DNA of 32,000 bases from Zygophlyctis sp. KS116 (taxonomy: Eukaryota; Fungi; Chytridiomycota). The stretch is from assembly GCA_054661495.1 (NCBI GenBank), contig BAAFSQ010000023.1:1-32000 (forward strand). The letters run 5' to 3'. Of the stretch, positions 12,854 to 22,145 are shown one piece after another. A program made the translations under genes and the position numbers. Numbering within the stretch: the stretch's first letter is position 1; every line of letters begins with the position of its first letter. Below the pieces are notes generated by a model. It saw only the letters and a program-made list of their open reading frames with translations. It did no database searches and had not been told where the DNA came from.

Positions 12854-13809
12854 CTAAACCAGGAAATGAATCCAAAAACATAATCCTAGAATCCATTTCT
12901 TGTTTAATATGAATCCTAAATTGTTTTTACTAAAAATCAATCAAATTGAAAACTTACAAGTTTGAAAAATGGGGTAAATTTGACATTTCTTCAGGAAGAG
13001 TAGAGTTTAATTGATTGTGATCTAAAAATCTAAAATTTAACTTTTTTAAACTTACAATTCATTCAACTTTTTTAATTCACTGAATTCCTTTGGTATAGAA
13101 CCTGTCAGATGATTTGCTGATAAGTCTAAAACTGTTAGGTTTTTTAATTTTCCAATCTCTGGCGGTATACTTCCAGACAAGTGATTACCACTCAAGTCCC
13201 TAAAGATTATATAAATAAATTACAATAGTTCCAAGGTATTCAAATTTCCGATCGATGCAGGAATAGACCCAATAAGATTATTTCCACCTAAATTCCTAAA
13301 AAGATCAGTTTTGAATATAAATACAATAGTCTAAGGTGAGTTAAATTTCCAATTTCTTTTGGGAAATGTCCGGCAAGTTTACCATTCCATTTCCCCCAAG
13401 AGCTCCATTCTAATCCAATAACTTCTGCAACATCTTCCGAACATTTTACACCTCTGATATCAGAATTTTGATCATCACAGCATCCAATTGGTGAGACTGA
13501 TGATGGTAAGAGATGTGTGGATCCGCCCAAAGACTTCCATATAAAAACAACTACTGCACATTCTGAATTAAGCTGTACATTCGATGTTATCTTGGCATTC
13601 CCCCGGCTAAACCCAGTATCTGTTCTTTTGAAATCATATGCATCATCATATATCTCAATTTCTGAATCATCAATAAATATTTTGTCATGGTGGCCCTCGG
13701 ACCGTTTTTGATCTAATGATACACCATCCATTCTTAAGCGACCTTCCCTGCCTTTATTGGGAGTAGACCATGCAACAGTCTGGACTAATATCAAGTACAA
13801 AAGTTTCAT
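12854..13809 (-). CDS. Secreted/surface leucine-rich repeat protein with plant-specific-type LRRs and a hydrophobic C-terminal tail, 5 exons
   Basis: Signal-like N-terminus; CC..GVKC cap; repeats LxLxxNxLxGxIPxEIGxL. Exons of 72, 144 and 72 nt (13295-13224, 13199-13056, 13029-12958) with phase-2 introns; last exon encodes KKWILGLCFWIHFLV-stop. Confidence 0.85.
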
Positions 13810-13913
13810 TTCGCTTTAATGCTTAAAGAGTTTCCAAATCAGCCGCAGATTAAAATAAATTTTTCTGTAAGCTTCAAAATTTACGTGCGCAATCATCAGC
13901 GTTTTAATTGCTT

Positions 13914-16511
13914 TTAGCTCTGATGATTAAGAATTGAAATATAATAGTATCCATTCTCCTCTATTATTTCAGAATTCGTGCATGTAAATAATCTTTTCTC
14001 GGTGCTTGGCAATTTAATTGTGAGTTTTTTAAATGCAGGAGTAAAGCCGTTATTCTCTTGATCCAATCGAAGATTGATCGATTCAAAATTTGACATCATT
14101 GTAAGTTTGATTAAGAAATGCTGGCCACTATTTGTCAATCCATCGTCTTCGTATAACATAGTGCTAGTCGTAAATGAGTCTGATTTTTGACAGATCATGG
14201 GAAAAAGATGAATTATTCTTTCGTCGTCAGGTTCAGCTCCAACATGTTTCATACATTTTCCCATGGGTATCATAGACCCATGTCTAGCGAATACGGCGCC
14301 ATGTTGAGACAAGGGGACATTCACAATGATTGATTGACCACCATGATAGATTTCATCATTCCAATAACTATACCAGAAATCTTTACAAGTTCCTGGTAAA
14401 TATACTTTTTTCTCTGTAAGGCCAGATTCAGTCACTGACGATACGAGTAAGTAAGGGCCCAACATGAAATCAAAAGACACATTATATGCATTGTCGTCAT
14501 TTTGAAATTCATAAAATAATGGTCGAATTATAGGCCTACCATACTGATGAGATTCATAGGATAAAGTATATAAATATGGCAAAAGTTTATACCGCAGATG
14601 AATTGCATCACGTATGATTGGTAAAACCTAGATTCAGAAAAATAATATGTACTTCTGGATACATCCATGGTTCAGTGATTCCTTCATTTTTCCAAGAGTG
14701 AATGCAAAATCTGGGATGGAATATGCCATTTTGAACCCATCTTACAAATAATTCAGGCGAAGGTCTAGGTCCTGCGAAACCACCAATGTCATGTCCGTAT
14801 CCAGGCATCAAAGAAAGACCAGCTATATTCAGTCAAGTTGTCTTACCATTTAGACCCATGGGAATATTATGTTTTAATGTATGCCAGCTAGTATAATTAT
14901 CTCCACTCCATGTCTGAGAGGCATATCTATCATAAGACAATTTAAATACCGTTGAGATCCAGCAGCTCCCGCTCTACTGATCAAAAAAGGCCTAGTATAG
15001 GGTGATTTCTCTTGCATCGCTTCATAACTTGCAGATGCCATTAATACCGTTTGACGTATTCTGCCACTTCCACCAACCTGGCAATCAATACTTTATAATT
15101 ACATCAGATCCGCCATTCAAAGAAAATGTATGATTGTCATCAGATATAGAAAATTCATTATTATCATTCCATATCCCCGTAACTCCCATGTCTAACAATT
15201 CTTTAATACCATTTTTCCAATAATCACGACCAAAATCACTTGAAAAGTCTATATAACTTCCAGTCGCAGTTTGCCCAGCTCCTAAATATTATAATCATTT
15301 ATAATACCAGAAGACCAAAGCCGAGTCAAACTTGGAGCATCAGAATCATTATCCCAAATAAACCCCCTACCTAATTTCACCTTTTGATAATCTGGATGAC
15401 CCATTAAAAGCCAAGGCTTAACATTTGCGACAGTTTTAATACCTGATTCACTTAAAATCTGAAACATTGATTTGGGATCATTAAATCGTTTAGAATTCCA
15501 AGTGAAAACATTTCTGGCACCTGTATCTGCGTCAACTATTTAATCATTTAAAATTCATTAATTACCAGTATAACCAGAACTTAAATGTAATAAATCACAA
15601 GGTATATCCCACTTGGCACATAGTTGCGGAAACTTCTGAATCATTTCCTGAGCAGACTCTGATTCTGCATACTATAAATTATTCTTAATCTATAATTACA
15701 CCCATTGAACTAGCCAGATAACCTAGAGCAAACTTTGGTACCATGGCTGGTTTACCAATCAATTTAGAAAATTTAGAAACACAATCAGATATTTGCGGCC
15801 CATAAAACACAAAATAATCAAGAATCCCATGCTCAGTCTTATAAACACGATATTTCCCCCATAAAGCATCAATCTCGCTTCCAAAATCTATAATTCCAGA
15901 GCAGTAAGAATTATAAAATATCCCATATGCCTCTTTTGTCTTTGAATTCACGGTAAGATAGTATGGAATAATTTTATATAGAGGATCGGTGCTTTCAGCA
16001 TTATATCCCATACAATCTAGCGCTTCAAGACGAAACCTGTAAATAGTTTATATAATAATCTTGTTTACCTTCTTCCATTTAATTCTAAAGGCGAACTTCT
16101 TTCCCCCATACCATAATGTAAATCATCTGCCATCTGTTGCACATAATGTGACACTCCGCCATTAAGATCGTATTCATATGCTCTGAATGGTAAATCTTTA
16201 AGAAAAACAGTTTCCTTTGTCCAGAAAATTACAAAATCTGAGTTTTCTAGAGATATTTCCAATTTTATCTGATCAGATTGTAATGAGTATACAAGTCCTG
16301 CTACTGAAAGATTGATTTTATCAGCCGGAACCAGATCTTGGCAGTTCAAGTCAGTAGAAACATGTTTGCCGTCGGGAGGAAAGTGCCTCACTCTAAAAAT
16401 AGAATCATGATAGACATATATTTCAATGATACTTCCCTTTAAATCCTTAAAAGATAACGGCTGGATAGAATCACCAATACGTATAAACGAAGATGGCAAG
16501 AATGATCGCAT
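13914..16511 (-). CDS. Glycoside hydrolase family 31 alpha-glucosidase-like enzyme, 9 exons
   Basis: YGMGER, DPLYKIIPYY, LHLSSGYT, nucleophile motif GIWNDNNE, TWSGDN, GHDIGGFAG, ELFVRWVQ, PIIRPLFYEF, LYEDDG. Eight 23-31 nt introns. Likely ATG 16511 (alternative 16556). Confidence 0.93.
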
Positions 16512-16518
16512 TTCAGCG

Positions 16519-19500
16519 TCAAGATAATTCAAAGCCTGCGTTTGCGTGAATCGCATAGATCAGTTTCTCTCTTAATGCACGTTTGCTGATATATCCTGGA
16601 AGTTTTAAAGTATTAAAACATGTAGAGCTTATAATTAGACAATAGAAATTACCTAGATGGAAGTCTTGTGATGTCCTTTTTGGCTCCTGTCAAGATCTGC
16701 ACAGTTCTCCAAAAACCAGGATGATCATCTGTTTGTAGACGGATCGTAAAGGGAGGAGATAAATCTGTTCACTTAGTAATAAAATAATTACATTTGAATC
16801 CTCCAACAGGTGGTCTTGAACAACTAGTAACAAACCTTAAAAATAAAGATTTATCTAGAGAGCTGAATTTAGTTAAAGTTTCCCATAAGTGACGGATTGT
16901 AGGAGATGATTCTGAATATCCGCCTTCGTATTTTACAAATGGTTTTAAATCGTTGATATCTAATGAATAAGTTTAATTAATTACCAAAGCTTTCATTTTG
17001 ACCAGAAATCAATTTCTCTAGCTCACGCGGTGAAAATAATTGGAGCCATTGTGTAGATATGATTGATCGAAAACCACGCACAAATGCATCATATTGTGAT
17101 TGGCATTGTCTGTTTAACTTGTAATCAGCCATTAAATAAATGTATTCAAACTTGTTGTCTTGCGTTACTGGGATGTTGGCCCCTCCGTACTTGATCTCTT
17201 TTGCTATAATACTTCCAAATACATCTTCTTCTATTTTAAAAGAAATACTTAAATCGTTGACATCACCTTTATCATAAATCTAATAATTTCATACCAGTAT
17301 AATGTTTCAGGAAAATTAAATTCTTGTATAATTCAGAGTCCAAATATGGTAAATCCTCAAAATAATTATATCTTCCTAAAAACTTTGCAAAAATAAATCT
17401 TGCAATAGGTATATCAAGAACAATTCCGTCATAGAGTGCCTTGCCTAAAATTCTTCCAATGAAAAAGAATATTTGTAGATAGTTTTCATGACAAGATGAG
17501 CTTGGAGATATGCAATATGTTCCATTTGTCGTCTGTTGAAATAAATTGAAATCTGTCGTAAATGCCTTTTTACAGGTTTCTTCAAGAAATTCTTTAAATA
17601 CGCCGCTATGGTCGATTCCTGCTTCTTTTGCACCGCATGCATTTACGAATTCAATTTTCACGGCCAACTTCACTTGAGCATCAGTTAATTTGGATATTTG
17701 CTTGAATCCGTCTTCCAATATCATATTGCGTCTGATTTTTAAAGGCTTCCTAAGACGCATAACATTTACGCTTAACTTATCATTTTGAATATACATCCTG
17801 AATATCTCAACTCGATTTTCAAAAGGTATACAGTGCGGCATATCATGTAAGATACAAAGACTTTCCAAGTGACCTTGCTTGATTCTGTTAGTCAATGAAT
17901 TCCAGGAAATTGATAATTTCGATTTAGAATCATCAGCGAGAAACTTGCGATTTGCATTCATTTCTTCCAGTACCATTAAAAACTTCTTTGCAGACTGAAA
18001 TAAAGACTTTGCAAAATCACTCTTAATCCTTGCCGGCCTTTGACAAAGAAGTAGAGAGTAAATATTTAAAAATGTTCGAATTTCTTCAAGCTGCATCAAC
18101 GTAAAAGGCTTCTCACTATCGTAAATTTCATGATTGTCTAAGGTTGAAAACAAAATAGTTCCACCATCACAGAAAAGGGAGAACAAATTCAATGGATAAT
18201 CTCTCGACTCTTGAACGGTTGCCGAGACAAGGAATTCGATCTCTTCATCACAAACATCAAAAGATTGTCGTATAATTTTCCATAATATGTTTAGAGAGTT
18301 TGAAGCATGTGCAATTGTACTAGTTATTGAAGCCGCTTGATTTCGTAAAACAACCAACAAATTTGGAAAATATGAGCACTGATTATGATCTTGTAGCTGG
18401 AGAATCGACAATGATTTCTTTTCTCGGTTAAATGACGGCAAACTAGAACGCCTTAAACTACTGAAAGATAATTTTTGTGGTGATGTTGGAGATTTCACAT
18501 TAAAACTGCGAAAACTCCTTCTGCGAATGCTAAACTTGCTCTTTTTTGTACGATCAATAGTGGTAAGTTTTCCAAGATTTTCAATTAATGAAAAAACCAA
18601 GTCAATTATTTTAGCAGACCATAAGCACGATACGTCTCCGTATAATTCAGTCAGCTCTCTATCATCAAGTTCCAGCGAGGAGCCTTCATACCACTTAAAA
18701 AAATGGTGAAATACACACCTTGGATTCATCTTCTGCTCCCTCAGAAATCCTTGGCAATGATTTATAAAGTGTTGTGCGATTGGAAGATAAGTTTTTTCCA
18801 TATATTCTAAATTTGAAAGTTGATCGCATTTTTTTGTCATTCTTCGAACAGAATATACAGCTAAATTAGAGAGAAGGAATAATGTATCCTCACCAGACTG
18901 CGTATACAGTACTGGAGTATAATCCAGTAACTGATTAGATAAAACAGCAAATATTTCGTAGTCTTTAATCATGTTAAATGATTCTACATCCAAGCTTGAA
19001 ACAATAAATGGAACTGTGAAGATATACCTATACAGTTTATTCCAAAAAACCAAACTGTAGGGATGGTCAGATATAGGTAAGAACGCAACTGTAAATACAT
19101 CACGAAGAAGAACATTTAGCGTATTATATACACCATTCTGACGATCTTTAAACAATATAAACCGTGACCTCTTGATCGCAAACCAGACTTTAATGGATAC
19201 TTTTTGATAAAATCCATCTGATAGCAACAATTGAAGACTATATACATAATCATGCAATGCTAGTCCGACTTCTGACGTATCAAAAACCAATTTAAGAAAA
19301 ATAAATTCTACTGAATAGTCCCCTTCCAGCATACAATTTTGTACAAATTCAAAAATGGCATTTTCAACTAATGCATAGAAAACTTTTTTTGATTTTGATC
19401 CACGATTTTCTAGAAGATTTATAAATGATTTTGACCTGTTTTCCGAATAATGATATGTCCATTTCAGTAGTTGATGCATTCGATGTCTGTCGTGATTATG

Positions 19501-19644
19501 ATTGTAAAAAGATTGTAGAATATATGATAGCTTTATAAAGTCGTGCATTTCAAAGGCATCTAATTTTCTTGATATAAAGTCATCAAAGAATATCCTTTGT
19601 AGCTTAGAACGATGCCATTTGAGGATAGCTCGGCTCAATTTCAT
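16519..19644 (-). CDS. HECT E3 ubiquitin ligase, UBE3B/UBE3C/Hul5-like, 5 exons
   Basis: [65 protein letters not shown] (catalytic Cys), terminal AGFELS-stop. The first in-frame ATG is 19644. Confidence 0.92.
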
Positions 19645-19744
19645 GCAAATTTCGGTCGAGTTTTTAACGACACCAACAAATAATTTTGCAGCGCGTTTTT
19701 CCCCTAGATTAGGGTTAGATATGTCACGCCAAATCAACAATCAT

Positions 19745-19816
19745 GGGTTCTTGGTTTAGTGGTATAATGGCCGCTTTGGGTGCGGCAGGTCCGGGGTTCG
19801 ATTCCCCGAGAGCCCC
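19745..19816 (+). tRNA. tRNA-Pro(TGG)
   Basis: Acceptor GGGTTCT/AGAGCCC, D-loop AGTGGT, anticodon arm GCCGC-TTTGGGT-GCGGC, T arm CGGGG-TTCGATT-CCCCG, followed by a TTTT Pol III terminator. Confidence 0.96.
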
Positions 19817-20149
19817 TTTTCTTTTTCATTAAATTTATGCGTATATTTTTGAATTATCCATGAAAACTGAATGATTAAATTTTGGCTATCAAAAGTACTA
19901 GAAAGAATTGCTAGAATATGATCCTACAGTTAGAGAATTTAGCAACTCGTGAAATAGCTAGGTTCAATGTCATAAAATAATGAAATACATTTGACAATAA
20001 AGTCAAGATTTAATTTAGAAGCATACTCTAAAATGCATTTGATCTAATCAGAGAAGGTTTCTAAAAAGAGTCTGAAAGGAATATAGATCCCCTAACAGCT
20101 AAACCACTAGCCCCCCAGAATTTACTCATGAAATCACATTTTGCATTTT

Positions 20150-20203
20150 CACATGTCATCACGTGAAATTTCCCCCACGTGAAGAGCATCTCACCTCCAC
20201 GTG
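20150..20203. promoter_or_regulatory. Cluster of E-box (bHLH) motifs
   Basis: CACATG at 20150 and CACGTG at 20160, 20176 and 20198, in an AT-rich background. Confidence 0.5.
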
Positions 20204-20225
20204 CGCCTGTTTCCAGATAAAGACA

Positions 20226-20501
20226 ATGTCCAAATCTCAGTCGCATGAAATAACTCAATGCTATGACTATAAATCTTGTGGATTCTTCCCATCTCCAGTA
20301 TCATTCCCTAGAGCCTCATTCATATCTGAAAAATGTATTCCAAATAGAACAAAACACAATAGGCGACTTTGTAGTTCTGCATCATCCTCTCAAAAAAGGG
20401 ATATTGTACAGAGATTAAATTCTGAAAATATTAAAATGGAAAAATACTACTCTTGGAATTCATCAGATGATATTTTTCAATTAGAAATCACATTAGACTA
20501 A
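20226..20501 (+). CDS. Small Ser-rich hypothetical protein (91 aa)
   Basis: Open ORF from ATG 20226, 22 nt downstream of the E-box cluster, with its stop 15 nt from the convergent gene's stop. No recognisable domain. Confidence 0.45.
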   Translation: MSKSQSHEITQCYDYKSCGFFPSPVSFPRASFISEKCIPNRTKHNRRLCSSASSSQKRDIVQRLNSENIKMEKYYSWNSSDDIFQLEITLD

Positions 20502-20516
20502 TAATAATAATCTTGT

Positions 20517-20837
20517 TTATGCGTTTTGACAAAAATACTTTAGTCCCAACCAATTCCAAAAGATAAAAAATGAGATCAGAGGAGGAGATAGAGATAATAA
20601 TTCTAGATAATATACAGTTTCTGGAGATTGGGTAAATAAACCAATCATGATCAATAGGAGTAAAAGGCAAATAAGGAATAATGAAATAGCTACATAATTG
20701 GGTATTTCTTCTTGATTGGATAATAATAGTCGTGGAGAAGGTGGAGCAAAACTCTTTTTAGATCTTTTAGTAGGAGATCTCGGTCTTCTTTCGGGAGAAG
20801 AGTGTGTATTGATCTTTGGTGGTCTGTTCCTCAACAT
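20517..20837 (-). CDS. PIGY: PIG-Y family GPI-GlcNAc transferase subunit
   Basis: Two TM helices and C-terminal YY..LL....FFIFWNWLGLKYF..N, matching the PIG-Y-type WxWxGxKxF terminus. Basic Ser/Pro-rich N-terminal tail. Confidence 0.75.
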   Translation of the reverse strand: MLRNRPPKINTHSSPERRPRSPTKRSKKSFAPPSPRLLLSNQEEIPNYVAISLFLICLLLLLIMIGLFTQSPETVYYLELLSLSPPLISFFIFWNWLGLKYFCQNA

Positions 20838-20919
20838 TGGCAAGTACCAATTGAAGGGGAGAGTCTAGTTGGAAGTCTAGTTTGGAGTGTCAGGTGTTAC
20901 AGTGTGCAAATGCAAATTG

Positions 20920-20950
20920 TTTCGCGTAATTTTCGCGTTGAATTCGCGTT
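20920..20950. promoter_or_regulatory. Three phased TTCGCGT elements (SCB/E2F-like)
   Basis: CGCG cores at 20923, 20934 and 20945 (11-bp period), immediately before ATG 20955. Confidence 0.5.
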
Positions 20951-20954
20951 GAAA

Positions 20955-22091
20955 ATGATTCAAGACACTGCAACTGCTATTTTTGATTGTTTAGCTGATG
21001 ATGCATCAGAGTTGAATTTTAGTAAGGGGGATATCATTGAAAATAGTAATATATTTATAATTGATTATAAGTTAAACCGGCTGCTGATCAAGGATGGTTT
21101 TATGGAACCCTGCAGAAAAATAAGAAAACAGGACTATTTCCAGGGAATTATGTGGCTTTTAATAAAAATCAGCCCAAAAAGTTTAGTGCAGCAGAAGCTA
21201 GAGCTAATTTAATGCAAAAGTCTAGTTCATTAGCACAAAAGACTAGAACAGCTGCTGGACCGGTTGGAACGACTGGTGGGATTGTCCCTGAAAATGCATT
21301 GAAAAAGGAATCCAGTATAAATAATTCTCTAGAAAAATCTCAAGAATCACAAACGTTGGTAACGCAATTAACAAGAACATTTTCGGATACGGCTTTAAAG
21401 TCGAATGAATCACTCTTGGAATACGATACATCAACAATTCCTAGGATTGGTAAGAGACCACCTCTGTTAGTTTCTAATCAGGCATACGCTGTGATTAAAG
21501 ATAATGGCTCTACTGAAAAGGATGATGCTAATCCTCCAAAGGTCCCACCTCCACGGCCTTTCAAACCGGTTGGTTTAAGGGGTACTTCATAGAATTATTT
21601 AATTCTTAATAGGTGGTTTATCACCAGTCGCAGCTGCACCGCCTGTTTTAAGTCAATTAAAAAATGTGGCTCAGATAAATAGAGACTCAAACAATTCATC
21701 AATACGCGATGGAAAACCGTCTAGCCCATCCAATTCAAAGAACTTTAATTTTAAGAATTTAACTTCATCTACATTAAGCAGATATAAACTTGATTTTCAG
21801 AAAAATGATACTGATAAAGATGGGTTTCTGCAAGGAGATCAAGTAAAAGGTTTATGGATCAAGTCTGGTATGTTTTTAACAACCTTAAAATTAGGATTGG
21901 ATCCTCGAAATTTAGGATTGATTTGGAATTTATGTGATCCTGGAAATATTGGGAAACTAGATGTCAAGAGTTTTGCTGCTGGTATTATGATTTAATTTAT
22001 GGTGATAGGGATGTTTTTGATAGATGAAAATCTCAGAGGTGTGCCGGTTCCTTCAAGTATCCCTGATGGATTGATAGAGAAATGCGGCTAA
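20955..22091 (+). CDS. SH3 + proline-rich + EH-domain endocytic adaptor, 5 exons
   Basis: SH3: AIFDCLADDASELNFSKGD..GWFYG..GLFPGNYV. Proline-rich PPKVPPPRP. EH: FQKNDTDKDGFL..SGL..LGLIWNLCD..GKLD..FAAGMFLI..VPSSIP. Four 26-31 nt introns. Confidence 0.88.
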
Positions 22092-22145
22092 GCAGACTAC
22101 TTTTTATAATTTATGAATTTTCACAACATCCTAATAGTAAATACT

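Noticed and set aside
2070-16511. Fragmented ORFs suggesting pseudogenes, frameshifting or an alternative genetic code
   Set aside because: Every break I checked is explained by a short GT-AG intron; TAA, TAG and TGA all serve as true terminal stops.
19900-19980. Fragment KELLEYDPTVR resembling a kinase subdomain XI remnant
   Set aside because: Too short, flanked by stops, and no other kinase motifs nearby.
20158-20165. ATCACGTG as CDEI of a point centromere
   Set aside because: No very AT-rich CDEII or CDEIII follows, and point centromeres are known from Saccharomycetaceae; an E-box promoter cluster is simpler.
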